Part shown: positions 49,736-59,985 of the stretch, one piece after another
Numbering within the stretch: the first letter of the stretch is position 1
Layout of the letters: each line of letters begins with the position of its first letter
Origin: Burkholderiales bacterium
GTDB taxonomy: Bacteria; Pseudomonadota; Gammaproteobacteria; Burkholderiales; Burkholderiaceae_C
Length of the DNA: 64,000 bases
Assembly (NCBI GenBank): GCA_003963075.1
Contig: RXJV01000016.1
Coordinates: 140-64,139, forward strand
Direction of reading: 5' to 3'
The notes under the pieces: model-generated
Database searches by the model: none
Seen by the model: the letters and a program-made list of their open reading frames with translations, nothing else
Told to the model about the DNA's origin: nothing
Position numbers and translations under genes: made by a program

Positions 49736-50353
49736 TCAGGGCACCAGGGCGGGCTGACGCAGTTGCACCGCGCCGAGGCCGCCAAAGAACAGATCGCTGA
49801 CCAGGGCCGCCAGCGTCTTGTGCGAGAGCTCGCCGTCGGGCCGCAGCCAGGTGAAGGTCCAGTTGATCATGCCAAAGAGCAGCATGGTCAGGGGCTTGTG
49901 CAGCCGCGCGTCCTGCAGCTCCGGCCGCACCTGGCTCAGCGCCGCCGCGAACTCGGCCACGACGCGGCGCTCCACGTCCAGCAGGCGCTCGCGCTCGGCG
50001 TCGGCGAGGAAGCGGATCTCGCTGGTCAGCACGCGGTGCTCGTCCTGCGCATCGGCGTAGGCGCGGGTGAAGCGCTCGATCAGCGCCCGCAGCTGGGCGT
50101 CGGGCGCCAGCCGCTGCGCCTTGACCTCGTCCACCAGCGCCAGCAGCGCATGCACATGGCTGTCGCAGATCTGCGCGAGCAGCTCCTGCTTGTCCTGGAA
50201 GTAGTGATAGAGCGTCGGCTTGGCCACGCCGCAGGCCTCGGCGACCTGGTTCATCGAGGTGGCACTGAAGCCCTGTTCGGCGAACAGCCGGGCGGCCGCG
50301 GCGAGGATGTCCTCGCGCTGGGCTTCAAAACCGGGGGCGCGTTTGCGGGCCAT
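49736..50353 (-). CDS. TetR-family regulator (PaaR-like)
   Basis: ILAAAARLFAEQGF..SMNQVAEACGVAKPTLYHYF HTH; embedded in the paa operon. Confidence 0.88.
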   Translation of the reverse strand: MARKRAPGFEAQREDILAAAARLFAEQGFSATSMNQVAEACGVAKPTLYHYFQDKQELLAQICDSHVHALLALVDEVKAQRLAPDAQLRALIERFTRAYADAQDEHRVLTSEIRFLADAERERLLDVERRVVAEFAAALSQVRPELQDARLHKPLTMLLFGMINWTFTWLRPDGELSHKTLAALVSDLFFGGLGAVQLRQPALVP

Positions 50354-50357
50354 GCGC

Positions 50358-51422
50358 TTAGCGCTCGTCGAAGCTGATGACGACACGGTCGGTCAGCGGA
50401 TGCGCCTGGCAGCTGAGGATGAAGCCGGCGGCGACCTCGTCCTTGTCGAGCGCGAAATTGCGGTCCATGCGCACCTGGCCCTCCAGCAGCTTGCAGCGGC
50501 AGGTGGAGCACACACCGCTTTTGCAGGAGAACGGCACGTCCATGCCCTCGCGGGCGGCTGCATCCAGCAGGCTGGGGTCGCCGGCGTGGAACTCGATCTC
50601 GCGCGACATGCCGTCGCGGATCACGGTGACCCGGGCCTCGGCCGCGTCGCCGGGCTTGTGCTCGTGAGGCGCGGGCTGGCCGCTCATCGACTGCGGCGTG
50701 CCAAAGCGCTCGATGTGGATGTGCTCGGCCGGGATGCCCGCGCCGCGCAGCGCGGCCTCGGCCTGGTCGTTCATCTCGAAGGGCCCGCAGACAAAGACCT
50801 CGTCCACGCTGGCCGCCGGCACCGGCCCGGCCAGGAAGGCGCTGAGCTTGCCGGCATCCAGCCGCCCGCCATACAGCGGCGCATCCACCGCCTCGCGGCT
50901 GAAGACGTGGTGCAGCGACAGGCGCGTCATGAAGCGGTTCTTCAGGTCCTCCAGCGCTTCCTTGAACATTGTCGAGGCGGTGCGGCGGTTGGCATAGATC
51001 AGCGTCGCGCGCGACGCCGGTTCGCGTTCCAGCAGCGCGGCCATCAGGCCCATCATCGGCGTGATGCCCGAGCCGCCGGCGATGAACAGCACATGCCGGC
51101 CCTCGGCCCGCGCCGGTGGCAACACGAAGCGGCCCTGCGGCGGGTAGGCCTCGATCACGTCGCCCGGCTGGAGCTGCTCATGCGCCCAGGTCGAGAACAC
51201 CCCGCCGTCGACACGCCGGATGCCGACCTGCAGCTGCCGGTCCGAGCACAGCGAGTAGCTGCGCCGCACCTCCTGGCCGCCCAGCGTTGCGCGCAGCGTC
51301 AGGTACTGGCCGGGCTCGAAGGCAAAGCTGCCGTCGGCCGGCGCGTCGAAGCGGACGACCACCGCGTCCTCGGTGTCGCGCTCGACCGAGGCTACGCGCA
51401 GGGGATGGAAGTGAAGGGCCAT
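50358..51422 (-). CDS. paaE: Phenylacetyl-CoA epoxidase reductase subunit (FAD/NAD/2Fe-2S)
   Basis: RRSYSLCS, AGGSGITP, FVCGP, ferredoxin SCKSGVCSTC...LSCQA. Confidence 0.95.
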   Translation of the reverse strand: MALHFHPLRVASVERDTEDAVVVRFDAPADGSFAFEPGQYLTLRATLGGQEVRRSYSLCSDRQLQVGIRRVDGGVFSTWAHEQLQPGDVIEAYPPQGRFVLPPARAEGRHVLFIAGGSGITPMMGLMAALLEREPASRATLIYANRRTASTMFKEALEDLKNRFMTRLSLHHVFSREAVDAPLYGGRLDAGKLSAFLAGPVPAASVDEVFVCGPFEMNDQAEAALRGAGIPAEHIHIERFGTPQSMSGQPAPHEHKPGDAAEARVTVIRDGMSREIEFHAGDPSLLDAAAREGMDVPFSCKSGVCSTCRCKLLEGQVRMDRNFALDKDEVAAGFILSCQAHPLTDRVVISFDER

Positions 51423-51470
51423 GATGTCTGGATGCCTGAGCGCTCGCCGCGGCGCGCGAAGGGGGTGGGT

Positions 51471-51941
51471 TCAGAGTGGCTTGAAGTATTCGAACGGCTC
51501 GCCGCAGTCGACGCAACGCCAGGTGGACTTGCACGGCGTGGAGCCGAAGCGCGAGAGCTGCTCGGTCTGCGCGCCACGGCAGCGCGGGCAGCGCAGGCGC
51601 GGCACCACGCGGATGGCCTGCTCGGCACTGCATTGCGGCGGCACGATGCCGTACTGCTGCAGCTTGTCCCGGCCCTCGGGCGTGATCCAGTCGGTCGTCC
51701 ACGCCGGCACGCGCTGCAGCGTGACCGTCACCGGCCCGAACTCGGCCAGCGCGGCGCGCACGTCGTCGGCGATCAACTCGGTGGCCGGGCAGCCGCTGTA
51801 GGTGGGCGTGAGCACCACCTCCAGGCCGGCGTCGGTCTCGCGCAGGTCGCGCACGATGCCCAGCTCCATCAGGCTGACGGCCGGGATCTCGGGGTCGGGC
51901 ACGGCCGCCAGCCGTGCCCGCGCGGCCGCGAGGTTCACCAC
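51471..51941 (-). CDS. paaD: Phenylacetyl-CoA epoxidase subunit D
   Basis: VPDPEIP, TPTYSGCPA, WTTDW, CPRC..STPCK..C..CGEPFEYFK. Confidence 0.95.
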   Translation of the reverse strand: MVNLAAARARLAAVPDPEIPAVSLMELGIVRDLRETDAGLEVVLTPTYSGCPATELIADDVRAALAEFGPVTVTLQRVPAWTTDWITPEGRDKLQQYGIVPPQCSAEQAIRVVPRLRCPRCRGAQTEQLSRFGSTPCKSTWRCVDCGEPFEYFKPL

Positions 51942-52699
51942 ACGCCCCCGGGGTAGGCGCGCTGCAGGTGCTGCATCGTCGCCAGCAGGTGGCCCATGTG
52001 CTCGCTGTGGATGCCCAGGTGGCCCTGCGGCTGCATCGCGCTGTCGCGCGGCAGTGCGAGCGTGGCCTCGGCCATCAGCGTGGCCCAGCGCGCGCGCCAG
52101 TCGGCTTCCAGCTCACGCCAGGCCGGGCCCACGCCCTCGACGCCCGCGGCCGCGAACAGCTCGTTGACGTAGGGCCACAGCACGGCCAGTGCGGCCTGCA
52201 TGCGCGCCTGCGACTCCTCGGTGCCATCGCCCAGGCGCACCACCCAGTCGCTGCTGTGCTGGCGGTGGTAGCGCACCTCCTTCAGCGACTTGGCGGCGAT
52301 GCCGGCCAGCTCGGCGTCGGCGCTGCCCTGCAGGCGCTCGTAGAGCAGCTCCAGCCAGAGTGCCACCGCGGCATTGCGCAGCTTGGTGAATGCAAAGTCC
52401 CGTCCGCCGCTGCCATCGCTCGGGCTCGCCGCGGCATTCGGCAGCTCGACGAGCACCACGTTGCGGTAGTCGCGCTCCAGGCGCAGGAAGGCGAGCTGGT
52501 CTTCATCCCGGCCGGCGCCTTCGAGCTGGCCGGCGTAGGTCAGCAGCGCGCGGGCCTGGCCCAGCAGGTCCAGCGCCATGTTGGACAGGGCCAGGTCTTC
52601 CTCCAGCACCGGGGCATGGCCGCACCACTCGCCCAGGCGCTGGGCGTGGATCAGGCAGGTGTCCGCCAGTTGCAGGACGTAGGTGAGCTTGGCGTCCAT
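51935..52699 (-). CDS. paaC: Phenylacetyl-CoA epoxidase subunit C
   Basis: QRLGEWCGHAPVLEEDLALSN, KSLKEVRYH, RLGDGTEES, HSEHMGHLL. Confidence 0.95.
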   Translation of the reverse strand: MDAKLTYVLQLADTCLIHAQRLGEWCGHAPVLEEDLALSNMALDLLGQARALLTYAGQLEGAGRDEDQLAFLRLERDYRNVVLVELPNAAASPSDGSGGRDFAFTKLRNAAVALWLELLYERLQGSADAELAGIAAKSLKEVRYHRQHSSDWVVRLGDGTEESQARMQAALAVLWPYVNELFAAAGVEGVGPAWRELEADWRARWATLMAEATLALPRDSAMQPQGHLGIHSEHMGHLLATMQHLQRAYPGGVW

Positions 52700-52992
52700 C
52701 ACATGTGGTTCAGTTGTTCCGGCAGTTCGTAGAACGTCGGATGGCGGTAGACCTTGTCGTCGGCCGGCTCGAACAGGCTGCCCTTCTCGACCGGGTCGCT
52801 GGCGACGATCTGCTCGGAGCGCACGACCCAGATGCTCGTGCCTTCCTGGCGGCGGGTGTAGACGTCACGGGCCATCTGGATGGCCATGGCCGCGTCGGCG
52901 GCATGCAGGCTGCCGCAGTGCTTGTGGTCCAGGCCCGCCTTGCTGCGGACGAACACTTCCCACAGCGGCCATTCGTTCTTGGTGTTGCTCAT
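52699..52992 (-). CDS. paaB: Phenylacetyl-CoA epoxidase subunit B
   Basis: WPLWEVFVRSK.GL.H.HCGSLHA, ARDVYTRRQEG.SIWVV, KVYRHPTFY. Confidence 0.96.
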   Translation of the reverse strand: MSNTKNEWPLWEVFVRSKAGLDHKHCGSLHAADAAMAIQMARDVYTRRQEGTSIWVVRSEQIVASDPVEKGSLFEPADDKVYRHPTFYELPEQLNHM

Positions 52993-53003
52993 GGTGTGAT
53001 TCC

Positions 53004-54008
53004 TCAGGCGGCCTGCGCCTTGACGGCCTGCTTCTTCGCGTGGGCCAGCGCGGCCTCACGCACCCAGGCGCCGTCGTCCCAGGCCTTGTTGCGCGCCGCC
53101 AGGCGCTCGCGGTTGCAGGGGCCTTCGCCGCCCACGACGCGCCAGAACTCGGCCCAGTCGATGGCGCCGAAGTCGTAGCTCTGGCGTTCCTCGTTCCACT
53201 TCAGGTCGGGGTCGGGCACGGTCACGCCGAGGATCTCGGCCTGCGGGATGGTGGCGTCGACGAACTTCTGGCGCAGCTGGTCGTTGGTGACGCGCTTGAT
53301 GCCCCAGCGGATGCTCTGCTCGGAGTTCGGCGAGTCCTTGTCGGCCGGGCCGAACATCATCAGCGCGGGCCACCACCAGCGGTTCACCGCGTCCTGCACC
53401 ATGGCCTTCTGCGCGTCGGTGCCCTGCTGCATCATCACCAGCAGGCTCTCGTAGCCCTGGCGCTGGTGGAAGCTCTCCTCGCGGCAGACGCGGATCATGG
53501 CCCGCGCATAGGGCGCGTAGGAGCAGCGGCACAGCGGCACCTGGTTCATGATGGCCGCGCCGTCCACGAGCCAGCCGATGACGCCGATGTCGGCCCAGGT
53601 CAGCGTGGGGTAGTTGAAGATCGAGCTGTACTTGGCCTTGCCGCTCAGCAGCGCGGCGGTCATCTCGTCGCGGCTGGTGCCCAGGGTCTCGGCGGCGGCA
53701 TAGAGGTAGAGGCCGTGGCCGCCCTCGTCCTGCACCTTGGCCAGCAGAATGGCCTTGCGCTTGAGCGTGGGCGCGCGCGTGATCCAGTTGCCCTCGGGCA
53801 GCATGCCGACGATCTCGCTGTGCGCATGCTGGCTGATCTGGCGCACCAGGGTCTTGCGGTAGTGCTCGGGCATCCAGTCCTTGGCCTCGATGAAGTCTCC
53901 CGCATCGATGCGGGCTTCAAAGGCCTCCTCGCGGGCCAGTTCCTCGGCGCTCTTGACGACCTTGGGCTTGGCCTCGCGGGCCATCAGATCCATTGCCTGG
54001 GTGTACAT
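53004..54008 (-). CDS. paaA: Phenylacetyl-CoA epoxidase catalytic subunit A
   Basis: [46 protein letters not shown]; ATG 54008 with GGAG RBS. Confidence 0.97.
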   Translation of the reverse strand: MYTQAMDLMAREAKPKVVKSAEELAREEAFEARIDAGDFIEAKDWMPEHYRKTLVRQISQHAHSEIVGMLPEGNWITRAPTLKRKAILLAKVQDEGGHGLYLYAAAETLGTSRDEMTAALLSGKAKYSSIFNYPTLTWADIGVIGWLVDGAAIMNQVPLCRCSYAPYARAMIRVCREESFHQRQGYESLLVMMQQGTDAQKAMVQDAVNRWWWPALMMFGPADKDSPNSEQSIRWGIKRVTNDQLRQKFVDATIPQAEILGVTVPDPDLKWNEERQSYDFGAIDWAEFWRVVGGEGPCNRERLAARNKAWDDGAWVREAALAHAKKQAVKAQAA

Positions 54009-54030
54009 CACAGACTCCTTGTTGAATTGC

Positions 54031-54112
54031 CCAGCGGCCAGCGCAGGTCCGGCTTTGCCGGGCCGCCGGTGGCGCCCCCTCGAAGGGGGCGCGCGAAGCG
54101 CGTAGGGGGTGG
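54031..54112. repeat. REP/MITE-like palindromic intergenic element
   Basis: Hairpins CCGGC-TTT-GCCGG and CGCCCCCT-CGA-AGGGGGCG followed by GCGCGAAGCGCGTAGGGGGT; partial look-alike at about 51436-51470. Confidence 0.5.
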
Positions 54113-54114
54113 TC

Positions 54115-55413
54115 TCATTGCTTGCGTTGGTCCACCACGCGGCGGGCTTTGCCCACCAGCGTGCGTTCGATGGATTCCGGGGGCTCGACGTTGATGCGCG
54201 CCGACACGCCAATCAGGTTCTTGATGCGTTCGGCCAGCCGCCTGCCGATGCCGTCATCGGTGGCGCCGAGCGCCAGTTCGCAGCGGATCAGCAACTCATC
54301 CAAGTGCCCGTCGCGCGTGACGACGAGCTGGTACTGCCCGCCGAGGCCCGGCTCCTGCAGCACCAGCTCCTCCACCTGGGTGGGGAAGAGATTGACGCCG
54401 CGGATGATCAGCATGTCGTCGCTGCGGCCGACGATCTTGCCGATGCGCCGCATGCTGCGCGAGGTGGGCGGCAGCAGCCGGGTCAGGTCGCGGGTGCGGT
54501 AGCGGATGACGGGCATCGCCTCTTTGCTGAGCGACGTGAACACCAGCTCGCCCTCGCTGCCGTCGGGCAGCACCTCGCCGGTCTCGGGGTCGATAATCTC
54601 GGGGTAGAAGTGGTCTTCCCAGATCACCGGGCCGTCCTTGCTTTCGACGCACTCGCTGGCCACGCCCGGGCCCATCACTTCGGAAAGGCCGTAGATGTCC
54701 ACCGCATCGATGCCCGCGCCGGCCTCGATCTCGCGGCGCATCGCCTCGGTCCAGGGCTCGGCGCCGAAGATGCCGATCTTCAGCGAGGACTCGCGCGCAT
54801 CCAGCCCCTGGCGACGGAACTCCTCGATCAGCACCTGCATATAGCTGGGCGTGACCATGATGATGTCGGGCTGGAAGTCGGTGATCAGCTGCACCTGCTT
54901 CTCGGTCTGGCCGCCGCTCATCGGGATGACGGTGCAGCCCAGCCGCTCGGCGCCGTAGTGCGCGCCCAGGCCGCCGGTGAAGAGGCCGTAGCCATAGGCC
55001 ACATGCACCAGGTCACCCGCACGGCCGCCCGCGGCGCGGATGGAGCGCGCCACCAGATTCGCCCAGGTGTCGATGTCCTTCAGCGTGTAGCCCACAACCG
55101 TGGGCTTGCCGGTGGTGCCGGACGAGGCATGGATGCGGGCCATCTTCTCGCGCGGCACCGCGAACAGGCCGAAGGGGTAGTTGGCCCGCAGGTCCTGCTT
55201 GGTCGTGAACGGGAACATGGCCAGGTCGGCGAGCGTCTTCAGGTCCGAGGGGTGCACGCCCTTCGCGTCGAACGCGGCCTTGTAGTGCGGCACATGCTCG
55301 TAGGCATGCTGCAGGCTCCAGCGCAGGCGCTCCAACTGCAGCGCCTGCAGCTCGTCGCGGCTGGCGGTCTCGATGGGCTCCAGCTCGCCCGGGACAGGCG
55401 TCTTGACCGTCAT
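54115..55413 (-). CDS. paaK: Phenylacetate--CoA ligase
   Basis: [55 protein letters not shown]. Confidence 0.97.
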   Translation of the reverse strand: MTVKTPVPGELEPIETASRDELQALQLERLRWSLQHAYEHVPHYKAAFDAKGVHPSDLKTLADLAMFPFTTKQDLRANYPFGLFAVPREKMARIHASSGTTGKPTVVGYTLKDIDTWANLVARSIRAAGGRAGDLVHVAYGYGLFTGGLGAHYGAERLGCTVIPMSGGQTEKQVQLITDFQPDIIMVTPSYMQVLIEEFRRQGLDARESSLKIGIFGAEPWTEAMRREIEAGAGIDAVDIYGLSEVMGPGVASECVESKDGPVIWEDHFYPEIIDPETGEVLPDGSEGELVFTSLSKEAMPVIRYRTRDLTRLLPPTSRSMRRIGKIVGRSDDMLIIRGVNLFPTQVEELVLQEPGLGGQYQLVVTRDGHLDELLIRCELALGATDDGIGRRLAERIKNLIGVSARINVEPPESIERTLVGKARRVVDQRKQ

Positions 55414-55838
55414 GCTTCGAACACCTTTCTGTCGCCCAACCGGTAGGACCGGCCGCGGAACATCGCAATCAGTTCGCCGCGCTGGTTGGTGACCGTGATG
55501 TCATAGAGCCCGGTGCGACCGCCCAGCGAGGCTTCCTCGGCGCGGGCGGTCAGCAGGTCACCCAGCTTCGCACTCCTGAGGATATCGATATCGAAGCCCG
55601 AGGCCACGGTCAATGCATTGCGGCTGTTGCAGGCGAAGGCGAAGGCCGAATCCGCCAGCGTCGCGATCAGGCCGCCGTGGCAGACCGCGAAGCCGTTGAG
55701 CATGTCGACCCGCACGGTCATCGTCAGCACCGCGTGGCCGGGCCCGATCTCGACGACCTGCATGCCCAGCATCCGGCTCGCCGCATCGTCGACGAACATG
55801 ACCTCGCGGACCTTGTCCGCCGTGCTCTGAGCATCCAT
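55410..55838 (-). CDS. paaI: Acyl-CoA thioesterase PaaI
   Basis: Hot-dog fold motif NGFAVCHGGLIATLADSAFAFACNS. Confidence 0.95.
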   Translation of the reverse strand: MDAQSTADKVREVMFVDDAASRMLGMQVVEIGPGHAVLTMTVRVDMLNGFAVCHGGLIATLADSAFAFACNSRNALTVASGFDIDILRSAKLGDLLTARAEEASLGGRTGLYDITVTNQRGELIAMFRGRSYRLGDRKVFEA

Positions 55839-55840
55839 CG

Positions 55841-56632
55841 TCAGCGATCCTTGAACCGGGGTGCGCGCTTGTCCATGAAGGCCGCGACGCCTTCCTGGTA
55901 GTCATGCGCAAAACCGAGCTGGCGCTGCAGCGCCGCTTCGCGCTGGAGGGCGGCATCGAAGTCCAGCTTCAGCGCCTCGTCGAGCGCGCGCCGCGTCTCG
56001 ACCAGGGCGCGGGTCGGCAGGCCGGCCAGCTTGTGCGCCACCGCCATCGCGGCGTCCAGCAGTTCGGCGTCGGGCACCACGCGGCTGATCAACCCCAGCC
56101 GCTCCGCGTCGACCGCCTTGAGCTTGTCGCCGAGCAGGGCCAGCTCCAGCGCCTTGGCACGGCCCACGAGACGCGGCAGCAGCCAGGTACCGCCGCAGTC
56201 CGGCACCAGGCCGATCTTGCCGAAGGCCTGGATGAAGCTGGCGCCTTCCGCCGCCAGCACGAGGTCGCAGCCCAGCGCCAGATTGGCACCCGCGCCGGCG
56301 GCCACACCGTTGACCGCCGCCACCACCGGCACCGGCATGCTGCGCAAACGCAGCGCCAGCGGGATGTAGTGGTGCTCCAGCATCAGCCCGATGTCCTTGG
56401 GCGACCCGTCTGGCGCGACGAGTGGATCGGCCAGGTCCTGGCCGGCGCTGAAGGCCCGGCCCGCGCCGGTGATCAGCACCGCCCGCACCTGCTCGTCTGC
56501 GGCGGCGGCTTCCAGCGCCGCGCGCAGTTGGCCGAGCAGGTCGGACGTCAGCGCGTTCAATGCCTGGGGGCGGTTCAGGCGCAGCAAAAGCACCTGGCCT
56601 TGCGGCTCGATCTGGATCAGTTGCTCGGGCAT
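55841..56632 (-). CDS. paaG: 1,2-epoxyphenylacetyl-CoA isomerase (crotonase family)
   Basis: LNRPQALNAL, GRAFSAGQDL, VNGVAAGAGANLALGCD, GLVPDCGGT; first gene of the paa operon. Confidence 0.9.
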   Translation of the reverse strand: MPEQLIQIEPQGQVLLLRLNRPQALNALTSDLLGQLRAALEAAAADEQVRAVLITGAGRAFSAGQDLADPLVAPDGSPKDIGLMLEHHYIPLALRLRSMPVPVVAAVNGVAAGAGANLALGCDLVLAAEGASFIQAFGKIGLVPDCGGTWLLPRLVGRAKALELALLGDKLKAVDAERLGLISRVVPDAELLDAAMAVAHKLAGLPTRALVETRRALDEALKLDFDAALQREAALQRQLGFAHDYQEGVAAFMDKRAPRFKDR

Positions 56633-56643
56633 CAAATTCCTCT

Positions 56644-56657
56644 ACCGACCGGTCGGT
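56644..56657. promoter_or_regulatory. PaaR (TetR) operator
   Basis: Perfect palindrome ACCGACCGGTCGGT 11 nt upstream of paaG; matches the inverted repeat described for TetR-type PaaR in Burkholderia. Confidence 0.85.
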
Positions 56658-56706
56658 TAATCGTAGAGCTGCCCTGGATCTGGAACAAGTGAGATACGGG
56701 AAACCC

Positions 56707-57648
56707 CTAGGTCGCCACGATCTCCACCGCATCGGCCAGTGCCGCCACCAGGGCCGGCCGGGGCGGCGCGAACCCCGGCGCGTTGCAGGCGGCGGCGCCC
56801 GCTGCCAAGGCCCAGCGCAAATGCTGCTCAGCGGGCGCGCCGATGTCGCGCATCAGGCTGTCGAGCAGGCCTGCCAAGGCCGCATCACCGGCGCCGACCG
56901 TATCGACCACCTCCACCTGCGGCGGCCGGCCGCTGCACTCATCAACCCCGTGGAACAGCGTCGCGCCCTCGGCCCCACGGGTCAGCAGCAGCCAGGCCGA
57001 GGGGTTCCACGCCGCGATCTGGGCCAGGCCCGAGTGGTAATCCGGCAGCCGGAACAGGCCGCGCAGGTCGTCGTCGGAGACCTTGATGACATCGGCCAGC
57101 CGGCACATCTGCTCCAGCGTGTCGTCATAGCTGGCATCCATGGGCGGCGAACGGAAATTGGGGTCGTAGCTGATCATGCGTCCCTCGGCCTTGAGCGCCT
57201 GGGCCAAGGCCAGCAGCCGCCCGGCCAGAGGCTGGCGCACCATGCCCAGGCTGCCGAAATGGGCCCAGCGCAGCGCCCGCGTCCAGCCCATCGGCAGGCC
57301 CTCGGGCCTGAAGTGCAGATCGGCGCTGTCCTGGCCGATGAAGAAGTACTGCGGTGGGTCCAGCTCATGCACGACGGCGAGCAGCGGCGGCCGCGGCAAC
57401 TGCTGGATGAAGCGCATGTCGAGGTTGGCCTCCTGGCTGGCGCGCCAGATCTCGGCGCCAAAAATGTCGGCGCTGATCGCACCGCCGAAGGCACTCAGCT
57501 GCCCCAGTGTCGACATCGCCGCCGCCACATTCCACGGTGAGCCTCCGCAGGCACTGCGCCAACGGCCAGGCCCGGTGCGGATCAGGTCTGTCAGGGCCTC
57601 GCCGAAAGCGACGAAGCGTGGCAGGTCGGGGTGAAGCATCTGCAGCAT
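56707..57648 (-). CDS. PfkB-family carbohydrate kinase (fructokinase-like)
   Basis: AFGEALTDL, GGSPWNVA, SYDPNFR, IKVSDDDL, VVDTVGAGDA. Confidence 0.92.
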   Translation of the reverse strand: MLQMLHPDLPRFVAFGEALTDLIRTGPGRWRSACGGSPWNVAAAMSTLGQLSAFGGAISADIFGAEIWRASQEANLDMRFIQQLPRPPLLAVVHELDPPQYFFIGQDSADLHFRPEGLPMGWTRALRWAHFGSLGMVRQPLAGRLLALAQALKAEGRMISYDPNFRSPPMDASYDDTLEQMCRLADVIKVSDDDLRGLFRLPDYHSGLAQIAAWNPSAWLLLTRGAEGATLFHGVDECSGRPPQVEVVDTVGAGDAALAGLLDSLMRDIGAPAEQHLRWALAAGAAACNAPGFAPPRPALVAALADAVEIVAT

Positions 57649-57723
57649 TTCTTTCGATTCAAGCGCCCAGGGTCCAGCACCGCAAGCCCCCCGAGGGCTT
57701 TTGGCCACTGACACAATGCCGGC

Positions 57724-58851
57724 ATGCCTGCCCGCGTCATTCCCCTGCACGATGCCCGTACGCTGCAGCCGGCGCTTCCGGTTGCCGCTGGGCGGTCCTG
57801 GCCACCTGGCCAGGCCGGCAGTGTCGCCGACGCTTTGGGCCGCCCCCTGCGTGATCTGCGCATCTCGGTCACCGATCGTTGCAACTTCCGCTGCGGCTAC
57901 TGCATGCCCAAGCAGGTGTTCGGCAAACACCACGAATTTCTGCCTCACGCCGAGCTCCTCAACTTTGAGGAAATCACGCGGCTCGCCGGCGTCTTTGTCG
58001 GCCTGGGTGTCGAGAAGCTGCGCATCACCGGCGGCGAGCCGCTGCTGCGCCGTCACCTCGAGACGCTGATCGAGATGCTGGCGCCACTGCGCACGCCCGC
58101 TGGCCGCCCGCTGGACCTGACGCTGACCACCAATGGCTCGATGCTGGCCCGCAAGGCCGCAGCGCTGAAGGCCGCCGGGCTGCAGCGCCTGACGGTCAGC
58201 CTGGACGGGCTGAACGACGCCGTCTTCCAGCGCATGAACGATGTCGGCTTCCCGGTGGCCGAGGTGCTGGAGGGCATCCGCGCCGCCCAGGCCGTGGGCC
58301 TGGGGCCGATCAAGGTCAACATGGTTGTGCAGCGAGGTGTCAATGACGACCAGATCCTGCCGATGGCGCGCCACTTCCGCGGCAGCGGCGTCGTGCTGCG
58401 CTTCATCGAGTTCATGGACGTTGGCGCCACCAACGGCTGGCGCATGGAACAGGTGCTGCCCAGCGCCGAGGTGATGCGCCGCATCGCCGCCGAGTTCCCG
58501 CTTGTGCCACTGTCGAGTTCGGCGCCGGGCGAGACCGCCGAGCGCTGGGCCTATGCCGATGGTTCCGGAGAGGTGGGCTTCATCTCGTCGGTCACCCAGG
58601 CCTTCTGCGGCGACTGCAACCGGGCACGTCTGTCCACCGAAGGGCAGCTCTACACCTGCCTGTTTGCGACACGCGGGCATGATCTGCGCGGGCTGCTGCG
58701 CGGTGCCGCGCCGGTCGACGACGGCCAGCTGTCGGCGGCGGTTGCCGCGGTCTGGGCTGGCCGCACCGACCGCTACTCGCAGTTGCGCGGCCGCGGCGCT
58801 CCGACACCCGACGGCCCCCGCCGGGTCGAGATGCATTACATCGGCGGATGA
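57724..58851 (+). CDS. moaA: GTP 3',8-cyclase
   Basis: [43 protein letters not shown]-terminal MHYIGG. Confidence 0.98.
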   Translation: MPARVIPLHDARTLQPALPVAAGRSWPPGQAGSVADALGRPLRDLRISVTDRCNFRCGYCMPKQVFGKHHEFLPHAELLNFEEITRLAGVFVGLGVEKLRITGGEPLLRRHLETLIEMLAPLRTPAGRPLDLTLTTNGSMLARKAAALKAAGLQRLTVSLDGLNDAVFQRMNDVGFPVAEVLEGIRAAQAVGLGPIKVNMVVQRGVNDDQILPMARHFRGSGVVLRFIEFMDVGATNGWRMEQVLPSAEVMRRIAAEFPLVPLSSSAPGETAERWAYADGSGEVGFISSVTQAFCGDCNRARLSTEGQLYTCLFATRGHDLRGLLRGAAPVDDGQLSAAVAAVWAGRTDRYSQLRGRGAPTPDGPRRVEMHYIGG

Positions 58852-59417
58852 CGCTGCCCCACGCCCTCGTGCTCGCCGGCGGCCGCGGCAGCCGGATGGG
58901 CGGCGTGGACAAAGGCCTGGTGCCGCTGGACGGCCGCCCGCTGGCCGCGCACGTGATCGAGCGGCTCGCGCCGCAGTCGTCCTGCGTGCTCATCAGCGCC
59001 AACCGCAACCTCGACGCCTATGCCGCCTTCGGCTGTAGCGTGTTGACCGACCCACCTGGCCTGGAGTTCGCCGGCCCGCTGGCGGGCATGCTGGCCGGGC
59101 TGCACGCGATTCCCGAGGACGCCTGGTTGCTGACCGCGCCCTGCGACTGCCCCGACCTGCCGGCCGACCTCGGGCCGCGCCTGCTGGCCGCAGCCCGGCC
59201 GCATGGCCTCGCGTTTGCCCGTGCCGCACGCGAGCATCCGGCCCATGCGCTGCTGCATGCCCGCCTGCGCGAGCCGCTCGCCGCTCATCTGCGGTCGGGC
59301 GGCCGCGCGCTGCTTGGCTGGATGTGCGCGCAGCCGCATGGCATTGCGCAGTTCGATGACGAGGCGGCCTTCGCCAACCTGAACACGCTCGACGAGCTGG
59401 AGCGGCCGCGTGATTGA
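58848..59417 (+). CDS. mobA: Molybdenum cofactor guanylyltransferase
   Basis: [37 protein letters not shown]. Confidence 0.95.
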   Translation: MTLPHALVLAGGRGSRMGGVDKGLVPLDGRPLAAHVIERLAPQSSCVLISANRNLDAYAAFGCSVLTDPPGLEFAGPLAGMLAGLHAIPEDAWLLTAPCDCPDLPADLGPRLLAAARPHGLAFARAAREHPAHALLHARLREPLAAHLRSGGRALLGWMCAQPHGIAQFDDEAAFANLNTLDELERPRD

Positions 59418-59979
59418 CGACCTCTGCATCCGCACCCTGCTCGAGCCCGACCTGCTCGGCTACAAGGCCCTGCGCGACGCCATGCTGTCGAGCCATCCCG
59501 AGGCCTTCACCTCCGACGCCGAAAGCGAGGCCGCGCGGGACTTGGCCAGTTACCGCAGCCGCCTGACCGGCGGCGCGGCCGGTGCCACGCTGTTCACGCT
59601 GGTGGCCCTGGATGCTGCACGCATCGTCGGCGCCCTCACCTGCGAGCGCGAGCCGCGGCGCAAGGTGAATCACCTCGCCCACCTGATCGGCATGATGGTG
59701 GCGGACACCCACCGCGGCCGCGGCATCGGCCGCGCGCTGCTGGCGGCGGCGATCACGCGGCTGCGCGCCACGCCGGGCCTGGCCCAGGTCACGCTGAGCG
59801 TGACGGCCGGCAACCAAGCCGCCATCGGCCTCTACGAAAGCCAGGGTTTCGAGCGCTATGGCCGGCTGACCGATGCCATCCGCCTGCCGGACGGCCGCCG
59901 TCTGGACAAGGAGCTGATGCGGCTCGTGCTGTTCGATCAGGCCCCGCCGCTGCCGGCCGCGGCGCTGGGCCGCGGTTGA
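59410..59979 (+). CDS. GNAT-family N-acetyltransferase
   Basis: MMVADTHRGRGIGRALL, NQAAIGLYESQGF. Confidence 0.88.
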   Translation: MIDDLCIRTLLEPDLLGYKALRDAMLSSHPEAFTSDAESEAARDLASYRSRLTGGAAGATLFTLVALDAARIVGALTCEREPRRKVNHLAHLIGMMVADTHRGRGIGRALLAAAITRLRATPGLAQVTLSVTAGNQAAIGLYESQGFERYGRLTDAIRLPDGRRLDKELMRLVLFDQAPPLPAAALGRG

Positions 59980-59985
59980 GCGGGC

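Noticed and set aside
56707-58836. 709-aa MoaA-antisense/PfkB fusion in the ORF track
   Set aside because: The N-terminal part is the antisense shadow of moaA; the real kinase starts near 57648
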